DNA from: Candidatus Nezhaarchaeota archaeon
GTDB taxonomy: Archaea; Thermoproteota; Methanomethylicia; Nezhaarchaeales; WYZ-LMO8
DNA length: 64,000 bases
Assembly (NCBI GenBank): GCA_030055465.1
Contig: JASFYF010000001.1
Coordinates: 698,447 to 762,446 of the forward strand
Reading direction: 5' to 3'
Positions 18,565 through 28,012 of the stretch are shown piece after piece. The notes under the pieces were generated by a model, which was not told the origin of the DNA, did not search any database, and saw nothing but the letters and a program-made list of their open reading frames with translations. Every line of letters begins with the position of its first letter. The stretch's first letter is position 1. A program made the position numbers and the translations under genes.

Positions 18565-20685
18565 GTGGGTGTCCAAGCGAAGGCCTGGTGCGAAATCATG
18601 CAACTGAAGAAGCTCGTGGTGATCGCGTTATCCTTGGCGTTGATATTCGTCTTCGCATTTTCAATTCGCGTGTTGCCCTTAAGGGATGGCATCTATATGC
18701 TTAACGAGCACGACCCCTACTACCAGTACTACATGGCCAAATACGTGGTTGAAAGGGGGTGGGCCGGCTTCTTGGATTGGTTTTCCTGGGGCTCGGACCC
18801 GAGGTTCTGGGCTCCCTGGGGTAGAAACATAGCCTCATCATCTTTCCCGGGCGTGGCGTTTGCAGGTGCCTTCTTCTACCTACTCGCCGAGCCTTTCGGT
18901 CTAGGGCTAGACCTAATGACTTTCTGCTGTCTGCTCCCCCCTCTCCTCGGTGCGCTATCATGCATAGCCGTATTCTTCCTTGGGAGAGAGGTCGAGAACG
19001 AATCAGCGGGGCTGTTTGCAGCGCTATTCCTAGCGACCAACGCCGCCTTCATATCGCGTACGGTTTTCGGCTTCTTCGATGACGAAAGCGTTGGGATACT
19101 TGCGCTCTTAATATCTTTGATATTTTATGTGAAGGCCCTCAAGAAGCAGCGGCTCAGGGACTCAATGATCTACGGGGTTATTTCCGGCCTAGCCCTCGGC
19201 TACATGAGCATGACGTGGGGGGCCTATGTTTACCCCTTGAACTTGATGTCGTTGTTCGCCTTGATCATGGTGGTGATGAAGCGCTACAGCAGGAGCCTGC
19301 TTTGCGCAACGCTGCCCATGTTGTTGGTGACCCTCTTGGTTGCAGCGTCAACGCCAAAGAACGGACTGAGCTCCATATTTTCAGCAACGTCCGTCGCGCC
19401 GCTCCTTGCCGTAGCCACGCTGATGGTATGCGAGCTCAGGGATCACCTACCAGTTAAGGCTAGGAGGCCGATATCAATCGGGTACGCTATGGCGGTTCTA
19501 GCGGGCTTGGTTGTACTGCTGCTCGGCAAGGGGGTTGACGTTAGCTTGAGGTACCTGACGGCGGTATTGCCCTGGGTTAGGTCAACGGACCCCCTTGTGC
19601 GCTCAGTGGCCGAGCACAGCATGACCACGTGGTCCCACTTCTTCATGCAGTTCGGCTTCATCCTCCTAATGGGTACGGCTTGCCTATTCGCTTTGGCGCG
19701 TAGCTTAAAGGACGTAGATGTCTTGTTCATCCTCTTAGGGGTATCCACGGTTTACGTCGCCGCAAACATGGTTAGGCTCACGCTTTTGCTTGCGCCGGTG
19801 TTCTCCCTCTTGGCTGGTATATTCTCATCTAAGGTTATCACATCGACATCCAAGTTGATTAATGCAAGTGGAAGGGCGGGTGAGAGGCGTGTCAAAGCAA
19901 CGAAGAGGCCTCTAATGCCTTCTCGCCTGCAAGTCTTTTCAGGCCTCTTCGCCATTCTCTTGATCTTAACCCCAACCGTGACCGGCCTATACATGGTGGA
20001 TCCCGGGAGCGGGTTGCCGGTGAACCTCGTGTACGCCAGCAGCTCTATCCTTATGTCTGAGGATTGGCTTTCAGCCCTTAAATGGATGAGGGAAAACCTG
20101 CCTGCCAATTCCGTTGTGGCGTCCTGGTGGGATCACGGCTACTGGATAGCGATAGTTGGTAATAGGAGCTCAGTTTGCGATAATGCGACCATAAACGGCA
20201 CCCAGATAAGGCTTATAGCGCGCGCCTTCCTCTCCAACGAGAGCGAAGCCTTAAAGGCATTTAAGGCGTTAGGGGTTACGCACGTAGTCGTGCACGGAAT
20301 ATTCTACAATATTGGCTCTGCCCTTGGCTCAAGCATACCCCTCTGGGTCTCGTGGGGCCACGACTACGTTGCTATAAGCTACTCGGCTATGGCAAGCATA
20401 GCGGGCTACAACGTTGACGACTACATAGTCCTAGACAACTTTGGGGTGTCCTCTTTCCCGTACTTCCCGATACCCAAAGGGCCTAAAGCTTCCGAGACGA
20501 CGCTCTACCGTTTAATCTATTATCCCGTTAAGGATAGGCTTCTCTTCTTGGGAAGCTTGGATCTAAGCTCGGGAGCCTACAGCCTGCTCGACATACCGCT
20601 CCCGCAGAACTTCAAGTTGGTGTACGCCAGCGAGCCGAACGCCCACGTGCTGGTCTACGAGGTCCTTTACGGGGATGAGGGTTAG
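18565..20685 (+). CDS. aglB: Archaeal oligosaccharyltransferase AglB (STT3 homolog)
   Basis: Multi-TM N-terminus, WWDHGYWI (WWDYG motif) and a C-terminal soluble domain. The true start may be the internal Met (MQLKK) at about 18598. Confidence 0.85.
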   Translation: MGVQAKAWCEIMQLKKLVVIALSLALIFVFAFSIRVLPLRDGIYMLNEHDPYYQYYMAKYVVERGWAGFLDWFSWGSDPRFWAPWGRNIASSSFPGVAFAGAFFYLLAEPFGLGLDLMTFCCLLPPLLGALSCIAVFFLGREVENESAGLFAALFLATNAAFISRTVFGFFDDESVGILALLISLIFYVKALKKQRLRDSMIYGVISGLALGYMSMTWGAYVYPLNLMSLFALIMVVMKRYSRSLLCATLPMLLVTLLVAASTPKNGLSSIFSATSVAPLLAVATLMVCELRDHLPVKARRPISIGYAMAVLAGLVVLLLGKGVDVSLRYLTAVLPWVRSTDPLVRSVAEHSMTTWSHFFMQFGFILLMGTACLFALARSLKDVDVLFILLGVSTVYVAANMVRLTLLLAPVFSLLAGIFSSKVITSTSKLINASGRAGERRVKATKRPLMPSRLQVFSGLFAILLILTPTVTGLYMVDPGSGLPVNLVYASSSILMSEDWLSALKWMRENLPANSVVASWWDHGYWIAIVGNRSSVCDNATINGTQIRLIARAFLSNESEALKAFKALGVTHVVVHGIFYNIGSALGSSIPLWVSWGHDYVAISYSAMASIAGYNVDDYIVLDNFGVSSFPYFPIPKGPKASETTLYRLIYYPVKDRLLFLGSLDLSSGAYSLLDIPLPQNFKLVYASEPNAHVLVYEVLYGDEG

Positions 20686-20687
20686 CC

Positions 20688-20873
20688 TCAGCCCTCCTCT
20701 CCTTCAAGCCTAGCCTTAAGCCTATACATTGCGTACTTGTCGTGCGGGGAATACCTAGGTGGATGTGGACTCTTCACTGCTCCACCGCAGTGCGGGCACT
20801 TTTCTCGTTGAAGCGTGTATCTCTTGCAGCTGGCACACCTCATTAGGAGGCCCTTCATATCGGCCCTCCTCAT
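20688..20873 (-). CDS. nop10: H/ACA RNP protein Nop10
   Basis: CASCKRYTLQREKCPHCGG...HPPRYSPHDKY is the Nop10 signature. Confidence 0.8.
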   Translation of the reverse strand: MRRADMKGLLMRCASCKRYTLQREKCPHCGGAVKSPHPPRYSPHDKYAMYRLKARLEGEEG

Positions 20874-21676
20874 TTCTTGCCTTCCTCAATGATCTTCCCG
20901 AAGCCGCCCTCCTCGGATATCACGTTCAAGGCGACGTTCGCAACTTCCCTTAGTATGTTCTTGAGTTGCTTGTAGTCTTCAGCCATTCCCTCTATCCTGT
21001 ACTTGGGGGTTCCGTCCACGTAGACCTTCACGTTGTACCCCTTGGCCTTCGCGTAGTTTAGGGCCTCCAGCAGGGCCCTCCTGATGGCCTCGATCCCATC
21101 GCGCTTGTAACACCTCAACTCCAACGACGTCAAGAGCTTAACCTGGGGAAACTCTATGTGCTCCTTAGCCATGCGGGTTAAAGTCTCCGCCCACTCCCTG
21201 CTTACCCCAGCTGCGAGGAGAGCATCTATGCCCTTCTTGGCGGCTTCCTCAAGCCCAGCGTATATCTCGCCATAATGGTCTTCGAGCTTCCAGCCGACCT
21301 CCTGGTAAGCATCGTTAAGGTTCTTGCCCAGAGCCTTAGCAGCGAAGTCCAAGAGCACTTCGGCTTTCCTCGCCCTCTTCCATTCAAGCATTTTACCCTC
21401 CCTTTCATCGTCGGTCACCCTCTTCAAAGAAAGATCTATGTGGCCCTTAGATGCGTCAACCCTGAGGACTTTGAAGGCCATTTTCTGGCCTTCCCTGATG
21501 ACGTCCCTTATGTTGTGGAACCAGGAGGAGGAAACCTCGTTTAACGGCACGTAGCCCCTCTTGTTGCCGTACTCGTCGAGGGTTATGTAGGCTCCTTTAT
21601 CGAACACCTCTTGGACTGTTCCGATCACCACTTCGCCCCTTGCTGGCCACTCCCTTCGCTTTTTTACCACGCTCAT
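20870..21676 (-). CDS. eif2a: Translation initiation factor aIF2 alpha subunit
   Basis: N-terminal S1 domain (GEVVIGTVQEV) and an alpha/beta C-terminal domain. 268 aa. Confidence 0.85.
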   Translation of the reverse strand: MSVVKKRREWPARGEVVIGTVQEVFDKGAYITLDEYGNKRGYVPLNEVSSSWFHNIRDVIREGQKMAFKVLRVDASKGHIDLSLKRVTDDEREGKMLEWKRARKAEVLLDFAAKALGKNLNDAYQEVGWKLEDHYGEIYAGLEEAAKKGIDALLAAGVSREWAETLTRMAKEHIEFPQVKLLTSLELRCYKRDGIEAIRRALLEALNYAKAKGYNVKVYVDGTPKYRIEGMAEDYKQLKNILREVANVALNVISEEGGFGKIIEEGKK

Positions 21677-21685
21677 CCACCATTA

Positions 21686-21895
21686 TCATCCGAATTCGCC
21701 GACTTTCTTGGCTTCTATCCTCGCCTCTCCACCGGTGGGCGAAGCGAGAAGCTTACCGCAAACAAAGCAGTGGACGCTTGTTGACGCATGGCTGAAGATG
21801 ATTTGCATGTTGCCGCAGTCGGGGCACCTGACGTTATAGAACTTCGATTTTGACTTCGGCACAAGCTCGTTAAACTTCTTGCCCAACGCGTTCAC
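21686..21895 (-). CDS. rps27e: 30S ribosomal protein S27e
   Basis: VRCPDCGNMQIIFSHASTSVHCFVCGKLLASPTGG is the S27e C4 zinc-finger signature. Confidence 0.85.
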   Translation of the reverse strand: MNALGKKFNELVPKSKSKFYNVRCPDCGNMQIIFSHASTSVHCFVCGKLLASPTGGEARIEAKKVGEFG

Positions 21896-22191
21896 CCCTT
21901 AACAGGCTCCACGAGCTCAAGCTTCTTAAGCCTCACACCCCTCCTATGCATCGTGTAGCCGCACTTCTTGCAGGTCAACTTTAAAACCTGCTTTTTAGTT
22001 ACTTTGGCCGTTCTCTTCTGCTCGGGCTTTCGCTTGCTTCCGTATCCCCTCTTCTTCCTGGCGTATCTCCTCTCGCCTTCAGCCAAGCCCCTCCTCTTGC
22101 CAGCTTTGTAGAGCGCCACGGTATGCTGCGTGTGGGACTTGCACTTCGGACAGTAAGTGTTCACAACCTTTGGGTGCTTCAAGGTGTTCAC
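21892..22191 (-). CDS. rpl44e: 50S ribosomal protein L44e (eL42)
   Basis: YCPKCKSHTQH...CKKCGY zinc ribbon in a very basic protein. Confidence 0.85.
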   Translation of the reverse strand: MNTLKHPKVVNTYCPKCKSHTQHTVALYKAGKRRGLAEGERRYARKKRGYGSKRKPEQKRTAKVTKKQVLKLTCKKCGYTMHRRGVRLKKLELVEPVKG

Positions 22192-22697
22192 CTTGACCTT
22201 ATGGGTTCTGCGATCCCTAGATTAATGAGCTCTTTAGCTTTCCGCATATTTATAAATATTACATCTTCGACTTCAAGGTTGGGCAGGCCTAAGCCCTTGA
22301 CGAGGTCCCCAGCGCTCCCCCGAATTAGGAGGAGTATCCTACCTTCGTCGCGCTCCCCTTCTCCCCCAACCTCTCGGCTTTTAATCTCAAGCGCCTCCGC
22401 AACCTTCATGAATTGGACCTCTTCTTCGCGGGGGAGGTCCTTGAGGTCCACGCATCCACCTAAAAGCCTCATAACGGCCTTCCTGATTCTGATGTTCCTA
22501 ACTATTTGAAGGCAGCCCTCTATAATTGCGGCTTCACCCTTCCTTATCTTGCGTTGCAGGTCGTTGGCGTCGCCGTTCGCCTTAAGCTTCAGCGACTCAA
22601 CGTATTTCAGCGCCTCCTCGTAGAAGCCTCTAGGTATGGATTGAAGGCTGCTCGTGCTTGCCTCCTGCAGGAGGACTTTGAAAACCTCCCTCAACAA
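22188..22697 (-). CDS. Possible GINS subunit (Gins15-like), inferred from position next to primase PriS
   Basis: 169-aa helical protein immediately downstream of priS. The Sulfolobus Gins15 gene neighbours priS. No diagnostic motif was identified. Confidence 0.35.
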   Translation of the reverse strand: MLREVFKVLLQEASTSSLQSIPRGFYEEALKYVESLKLKANGDANDLQRKIRKGEAAIIEGCLQIVRNIRIRKAVMRLLGGCVDLKDLPREEEVQFMKVAEALEIKSREVGGEGERDEGRILLLIRGSAGDLVKGLGLPNLEVEDVIFINMRKAKELINLGIAEPIRSR

Positions 22698-22709
22698 GAG
22701 CTCAACACC

Positions 22710-23897
22710 TCACGGGCTAACCTCGGCGTTGCCCGAGCTTATTAGGTACACGGCTAAACCTGTTGGAACCTCTACAACCTGGTTTAGGTAGGGCCCCCAC
22801 TCCTGCCCCATGAAGGTGATCTTCGGCGCCTCAGCAACTTTTACTTTGATTTCTCCGCTATTAAAGGCTACTGCATGCTTGTATGGGTCGAAGCCGCTTA
22901 GGCCGTCTATGTCGATTCTGAGTGCTATAAGGCCTGTTCCACCATGAAGCGTCTCGGGCAACCTTATCAACCTCTTCACGTCTATGGTCACCCTCTCGTC
23001 GATGTTGCATCTTTTGCTGGCGACGGCTTTCTTGGCTAGGCTCAGCCAAGCTCTGCACACATCGCCTTCCACAAGCCAATACCCTTTGGACTCTTGGAGC
23101 TTTTCACATATGGTTTTAGTTGTCCCCTCTTCGATTCCAGCACCCTCCTTGTCACATCCTACCAAGAGCTCGTAAACCCCCCTAGCTATCCTGCCGTGCC
23201 AGCCTGACGCGTTGAGGGGTGGTGCGTGAGCTTTTTTCCTGCCCCCTTCGAGGATTAAGCCCATGCCCTTCACGTAATCCACTATTTCCCTCCTGGCTTT
23301 TTGATCCAGCTGTTTTACAACATCGTTTTCCACGTGAATGTGGAATCCCCTTCGGCCGGAGAAGACTATCTCGACCTCCTCCTCGGAGAAGCCGAAGTCG
23401 CTCATGAGGAAATCCTCAACGAGCTTCTCGGTTTCCTCCCTCGCTACGTTGAGGCACTCCTCACAAAACCAGGCCTTCCCATCAATTCTCTTGCTTGAAC
23501 ATTTAGGGCAAGCCTCGGGTGCCATGCCTTTCCCGTTGAAGTTGCAGTCAAGGCATAGCCATTTATCGTGGCGTTCCTTGCATGGCGTATAAATGTGATC
23601 TACGTCGATGTCGAAGACCAGGTCCGCCCCCAACCACTCCTTAGACTCCATGTCCTGAGCTGATGGTTGAAGGTAGTAGGCTGAGGAATAGTAAACGTGG
23701 AGGGGGGCGTTTTTGGCTAGGAACTCCTTCATCTCCCTCCAATCGTTGAAAGATACGTGCCTGAGAACATCGCCCTTTCTTGAGGGCACAAACCCGTACT
23801 CCCTCCTTTCATACTCTTTAGGCGGTCTACCGTCCCACTTAAGGTAATACTCCCTGAACATCTTTTTAATGTAGTTCTCGCTGTCCCTGCTACTCAT
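22710..23897 (-). CDS. priS: DNA primase small (catalytic) subunit PriS
   Basis: DLVFDIDVDH catalytic Asp motif and zinc knuckle CLDCNF...CPKC...CEEC. 395 aa. Confidence 0.8.
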   Translation of the reverse strand: MSSRDSENYIKKMFREYYLKWDGRPPKEYERREYGFVPSRKGDVLRHVSFNDWREMKEFLAKNAPLHVYYSSAYYLQPSAQDMESKEWLGADLVFDIDVDHIYTPCKERHDKWLCLDCNFNGKGMAPEACPKCSSKRIDGKAWFCEECLNVAREETEKLVEDFLMSDFGFSEEEVEIVFSGRRGFHIHVENDVVKQLDQKARREIVDYVKGMGLILEGGRKKAHAPPLNASGWHGRIARGVYELLVGCDKEGAGIEEGTTKTICEKLQESKGYWLVEGDVCRAWLSLAKKAVASKRCNIDERVTIDVKRLIRLPETLHGGTGLIALRIDIDGLSGFDPYKHAVAFNSGEIKVKVAEAPKITFMGQEWGPYLNQVVEVPTGLAVYLISSGNAEVSP

Positions 23898-24924
23898 GGT
23901 TCCTCTTCCTTGCCAGCTTTAGCATGCGGGCGTAGTAGACCAGCGGATGCTTCACCTTCGGGCACGTGCTGTCCCCCAGCGGGCACAGGTTAAGCGTCCT
24001 TAAAGAGGCACAGTTCGGTGGAAGGTACCTTGTCTTTGAGCCTATCTCGCCGGCTACGTGCTTTAAGTGGTAGGCGGTTTTCTCCTCGTTGAAGTCGGGC
24101 ATCTTCCGGAATAGCTCCATTACTTCCTCGGGTCTCTTACCCACTGTTAAGAGGAAAGCCGCGAGGGTGAACCGAGCCATGTGCGGAAGGTTTTTCCCCT
24201 CCTCGGCTTCTTGGAGGAGCTTGGAGATGCAGGGTGGAAAAGCTGAAGGGTTGTACTCCAATCTCTCAATCAAGCCTGCAGCCTTGCCTTTCGGCAGGGC
24301 GGCGTCGACTTCTCTTCTCAGGCCCTCTACCTCCGGCTTAACATCTTCGGGTAGGCCTTCTAGGAGCCTTTTCGCCCCCTTCTCCAGTATCCTTGCCCTA
24401 TAAGCTTCCGCCAGGAGCCTGCAGACATCCTTCCGGGAAACCTCAACGTAGCCTCCCCTCACGCTCCTGTTAACCAGCTTCCAGTAGGGATCAAGCATGT
24501 GAGTTGAGGCTTTAAGGTAATCGTCAAACCTGAGGGAGAAACCATCCCCCTCTTTATGAATGTGCCAGCCGAAGCCATCAACCGCTAGGAGGAGGACCCT
24601 CTCATGGCTTTCACGTATGAGGCCCTCGTGAACCCTGTTTTTCTCCGCCTCCGCGTATATGTTTAGGAGCCTCTTGTCCTCCATGGCGTTTATTATTAGC
24701 AGGGCTACGGGATGAGATAGTATCTCCACGTCGAGGTCCCTTCTCCTAAGCGTAGTCACGCGGTAGAAGACGGCTTCCCTTATCCTTTCCAAGCTCCTCA
24801 AGAAGACCTCCGATGTGGGTGAAAGAAGCTCTTCGAGGTAGAAGCTCACGCCGAGCTCCTCTATTATCCTCGCCGTCGAGCTTAGAAAGGGGTAGGTGGC
24901 TAGGTCGAGCTTGGAGAAGCTCAT
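23890..24924 (-). CDS. priL: DNA primase large subunit PriL (Fe-S domain)
   Basis: C-terminal Cys cluster PPCISK...NCASL...CP...CP. Overlaps the start of priS. Confidence 0.75.
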   Translation of the reverse strand: MSFSKLDLATYPFLSSTARIIEELGVSFYLEELLSPTSEVFLRSLERIREAVFYRVTTLRRRDLDVEILSHPVALLIINAMEDKRLLNIYAEAEKNRVHEGLIRESHERVLLLAVDGFGWHIHKEGDGFSLRFDDYLKASTHMLDPYWKLVNRSVRGGYVEVSRKDVCRLLAEAYRARILEKGAKRLLEGLPEDVKPEVEGLRREVDAALPKGKAAGLIERLEYNPSAFPPCISKLLQEAEEGKNLPHMARFTLAAFLLTVGKRPEEVMELFRKMPDFNEEKTAYHLKHVAGEIGSKTRYLPPNCASLRTLNLCPLGDSTCPKVKHPLVYYARMLKLARKRNHE

Positions 24925-24934
24925 GTGATCTTCG

Positions 24935-25705
24935 CTATTCTTCTAGTCTAGGGGCTAAGAAGTACTTTATTGTTCCTCCACCCGGTATAGGGAAGGTTAG
25001 GCTCAAAGGCATAGACGTTGAGAACTCCAACGTAGCGGTTTCAGCGGCCTCGTTGGCCTTTATCATGTCTAGGAGGTACTCCAGGCTGTACGAGGCGCTT
25101 GAGCTCTCCTTTACGTCGAGCTCCAGCAGCGCGCCGCTCTCAGGAGTCAGCGTCGCCTCAACTTCCCCCTTATCGCTCTGACCCTTCACCGCGATGGTGT
25201 TCTCCTTTGCCTCAAGCCTCACGTAGTCGCTTACAAGCTCAACGTCCTTGAGGGCATCTTCAAATACGTCGGCCATAACGGTGGCCTTAACGTTGTATAC
25301 CAGGGTTGGCGTCGGTAGCTCCTGGTACTCCACGTCTATTAACGGGAGGGAGAAGCTCCTGGTCGCCTTGCCCTTCAAAATGACCTTAAGCCTCGTTGCA
25401 CCTGCGGGAACTTCAAGCTGGATCTTCTCTTTGATGCTTCCTCTCTTAACTATTTTCTTTAACTCGTCGAAGTTAACTCCTATCGTCAGCTCTGAGTCGC
25501 ATTCGTATTCATCGAAGGCCTCTCTCGGCATCTCGAAGTCAATCATAGCTATCTTGGATGGATCCATGGCCCTAAGGCGCAACCCTTCTTCGCCTACCTT
25601 TATGGCCCCCTCATCTATTAAGGATGATAGTGCGTCAATAATCCTGTTCCAGAGCTTCGCATCCCTAAACGTGGCTTTGAACATGCTTCCTCCTCTCCAC
25701 ACCAC
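24935..25705 (-). CDS. pcn: DNA polymerase sliding clamp PCNA
   Basis: MFKATFRDAKLWNRIIDALSSLIDE...; 256 aa with the expected two-domain periodicity. Confidence 0.85.
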   Translation of the reverse strand: MVWRGGSMFKATFRDAKLWNRIIDALSSLIDEGAIKVGEEGLRLRAMDPSKIAMIDFEMPREAFDEYECDSELTIGVNFDELKKIVKRGSIKEKIQLEVPAGATRLKVILKGKATRSFSLPLIDVEYQELPTPTLVYNVKATVMADVFEDALKDVELVSDYVRLEAKENTIAVKGQSDKGEVEATLTPESGALLELDVKESSSASYSLEYLLDMIKANEAAETATLEFSTSMPLSLTFPIPGGGTIKYFLAPRLEE

Positions 25706-25748
25706 AAGTTCTACCCTTCAACTCGGTTTTAACGTTAGCGGAGGAGGT

Positions 25749-26087
25749 TTAATGGTACTCTCTCCACGTCCTGCCGCATCTCGCGCAGCGATAAAACCTG
25801 GTCATGCCTTCATCGCCGCGGCGCGTCTGAACCATCCAGTAATACGCTTCATTGTGCCCGCACTCAGGGCACGAAGCCGTTATCTTGGGCATAGCCCTAT
25901 AGGAGCTTCCCTCTTCTATAACGGCAACCTTCTCCTTCTGGGAATGCGCGATTTGCTCGTCCTTCACGAGCCTTACGCTTTCTTCAAGGTACCCGCAGCG
26001 CTTGCAAGCCCATAACTTCCTTTCCCCATCCCTCTTGGCCACCATCATTGTGCCGCACTTCGGACATAGGGGAAGCAGAACCCTCAC
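25749..26087 (-). CDS. tfs: Transcription factor S (TFS; RPB9/TFIIS-like, RNA cleavage stimulation)
   Basis: N-terminal Zn ribbon CPKC...CKRC. C-terminal Zn ribbon CPECGH...RCARCG containing the acidic hairpin RRGDEGMT. Confidence 0.85.
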   Translation of the reverse strand: MRVLLPLCPKCGTMMVAKRDGERKLWACKRCGYLEESVRLVKDEQIAHSQKEKVAVIEEGSSYRAMPKITASCPECGHNEAYYWMVQTRRGDEGMTRFYRCARCGRTWREYH

Positions 26088-26494
26088 CTCTCCTCCGGCT
26101 TTAGCTCTCCGATAATCCTGCGGACCTCGTTAAAGATTTTCCTTGCTGCCCTTAAGGCTTCCGGTAAGCTTCCTTCAATGCACGAGTACTTTATTGTCCC
26201 CAAGTCCCCCTCTTGGTTGAGGGGCTTGGCCCCCCCGAACACCATGATGGGCCTTCCGAGGCTCAGAAGCTTGGAGACATCAATGTCCCCACATCTATCG
26301 ATGAACTCATTGTCAATCACGATTAGCCCGGCCTGGTCTAGAAAGGCTGGAGGTATAAGGCCTTCTATGCTTTGAGGAAGGCTTTTAACGCGCTTTACGC
26401 TTAAAGCCTCAAGCCACAGCTTTCCTCTATACAGGACGCTAACCACGACGGTTTCATCACCGGTGATGCCCAGAACCCTTCGCTCCCTCTTCAT
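26084..26494 (-). CDS. Conserved hypothetical protein (possibly DUF99/UPF0215-like)
   Basis: RVLGITGDE near the N-terminus resembles the DUF99 N-terminal motif. Weak. Confidence 0.3.
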   Translation of the reverse strand: MKRERRVLGITGDETVVVSVLYRGKLWLEALSVKRVKSLPQSIEGLIPPAFLDQAGLIVIDNEFIDRCGDIDVSKLLSLGRPIMVFGGAKPLNQEGDLGTIKYSCIEGSLPEALRAARKIFNEVRRIIGELKPEER

Positions 26495-26513
26495 TGAGAC
26501 CCTTCTACGATCA

Positions 26514-26798
26514 TCACTTTAAGGCTTCCCCGAGGCACCTCTTGAAATCCTCGAGCACCTCCCTTATGCTCTTCGCGGCCCTCTTCAAGGCCTCCTCGGG
26601 TTTGCTTTGCTTGGTCTTCAGGTAGAATAACGGGTTTGATACTAAGGGGTGATCTATCTTGTACGCCGCGAACTCCACGTCTGGGTCCTTCTTCAGGAAG
26701 TCCCTAAGCAGGTTGCAGAAGGTGTGCCCTTCCCCTATTATTTCAAACTTCATGCTCCTCTCGTCGCCTTCAAGAACCCTTATCTTCATAGCCATCAT
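26514..26798 (-). CDS. rpoL: DNA-directed RNA polymerase subunit L (Rpb11 homolog)
   Basis: IRVLEGDERSMKFEIIGEGHTFCNLLRDFLKKDPDVEFAAYKIDHPL is the RpoL signature. Confidence 0.75.
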   Translation of the reverse strand: MMAMKIRVLEGDERSMKFEIIGEGHTFCNLLRDFLKKDPDVEFAAYKIDHPLVSNPLFYLKTKQSKPEEALKRAAKSIREVLEDFKRCLGEALK

Positions 26799-27389
26799 CT
26801 ACTGGAGCTTGAATGGCGTGGAGTACCTAAGGGAGATCTTCCTTTCTTCTTCCTGATTTCTACATTGTGGACAATAAAGCTTTCTATCCTTGAGCACCAT
26901 TGGGTTTTGGCAGTTCACGCAGAAAGCCAAGATGACCCCCAGCTCCTTATCCTTCATTGACAGCTGGTAGGGCACCTTGTTGTTTATAATCTTGGCTCTA
27001 ACTATATCTGTAACCCTAATAGCGCTCGACAGTGATTCTACAAACTTGTCGCTTACTTGGCTTATATGCAGCATTCCGTGGAAGGATGGCTTCAACCACG
27101 CATCTTTGTTCTCGATCTTCTTGATAACTATGGTTGCCGTGTCCCTCTTTACACTATTCACCTCTCCTATAACTATATCGCCCTTAACGGGTAATAGCCT
27201 CTCCCTACCCAGGGGCCTCACGTGGACTTTCCTCTCCTCTATGTCTAGGACGGCCACGCCGAAGTACAGGGACTTTATGTTGTCGTCGTCAAGGTACGTG
27301 CCTTCACCGGGCAGGAACTCCTCTATTATTCCCAGGCTCTCTCCCGGCGTGACTACATCTCTCAGGATTTTCTCCTTCACAGGCCTCAT
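26799..27389 (-). CDS. csl4: Exosome RNA-binding subunit Csl4 (S1 domain plus Zn ribbon)
   Basis: N-terminal domain, S1 fold and C-terminal CVNCQN...CPQCRN zinc ribbon. Confidence 0.75.
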   Translation of the reverse strand: MRPVKEKILRDVVTPGESLGIIEEFLPGEGTYLDDDNIKSLYFGVAVLDIEERKVHVRPLGRERLLPVKGDIVIGEVNSVKRDTATIVIKKIENKDAWLKPSFHGMLHISQVSDKFVESLSSAIRVTDIVRAKIINNKVPYQLSMKDKELGVILAFCVNCQNPMVLKDRKLYCPQCRNQEEERKISLRYSTPFKLQ

Positions 27390-28012
27390 CCTCTCCTAAT
27401 CCGGTACAAGCTAACATCAACTTTATAGGACTTCTTAGTATGAAATCTGAACGTTGGTCTTATAGACACTTGGAAGGGTATAATCTTATCTATTCTTCCG
27501 CCAAGCTCCTCTACGTATCTCCCAATGAAATCCAGGCTTTTATCGCTTGCTTTATGTAAACTATAAACCACCGGGGCCATCCTCAACGCAGCCTCCAGGA
27601 AGGGTCTATCCGCTTTACGTCTCCTCACACCGTACGGGGGGTTCTGGATCACAACGTCAGCCCTCAGCGATACGTGCGGCACGAGGGCCGCAAGCCACGA
27701 TATCTTGTTCTCAACATCTAGGGCCGCAGCGTTTCTGGCCGCAATCCTTAAAGCCACCTCATCGACGTCTACGCCCACAACGTACTCTGCGCCGAGCAAT
27801 GCTGACCCTACCGCTATTCTGCCGATTCCGCATCCCAAGTCCACTACAATTTTGCCTTCAACGTCCTTGAAGGTCGTCTGCACAATCCACAGCAGCTCGC
27901 TTACATCATCGCTTGTGAGGGTGTACTGTTCAAGCTTCACGCTGGGCTCCGGATGTTCAGCCATCCTTGAAAGCAACATGGCTAGCTGCTTCTTCGTTAA
28001 AGAACCAGTCAC
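27386..28012 (-). CDS. Putative RNA N6-adenine methyltransferase (NPPY motif; COG2263/METTL5-like)
   Basis: SAM motif VVDLGCGIGRIA and NPPYG. Sits in the conserved csl4-MTase-dph2 neighbourhood. Confidence 0.6.
   Translation of the reverse strand: MTGSLTKKQLAMLLSRMAEHPEPSVKLEQYTLTSDDVSELLWIVQTTFKDVEGKIVVDLGCGIGRIAVGSALLGAEYVVGVDVDEVALRIAARNAAALDVENKISWLAALVPHVSLRADVVIQNPPYGVRRRKADRPFLEAALRMAPVVYSLHKASDKSLDFIGRYVEELGGRIDKIIPFQVSIRPTFRFHTKKSYKVDVSLYRIRRG

Noticed and set aside
18469-18597. Partial match (TTTAAGCCCA) to the CRISPR-like repeat upstream of aglB
   Set aside because: Only a 10-nt identity, which can occur by chance. Not a repeat copy.
22240-22253. Palindromic TTTATAAATATT element upstream of rpl44e
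   Set aside because: It lies inside the C-terminal coding region of the Gins15-like ORF, and the rpl44e start overlaps that ORF's stop. It could be an internal promoter, but this cannot be supported from sequence alone.
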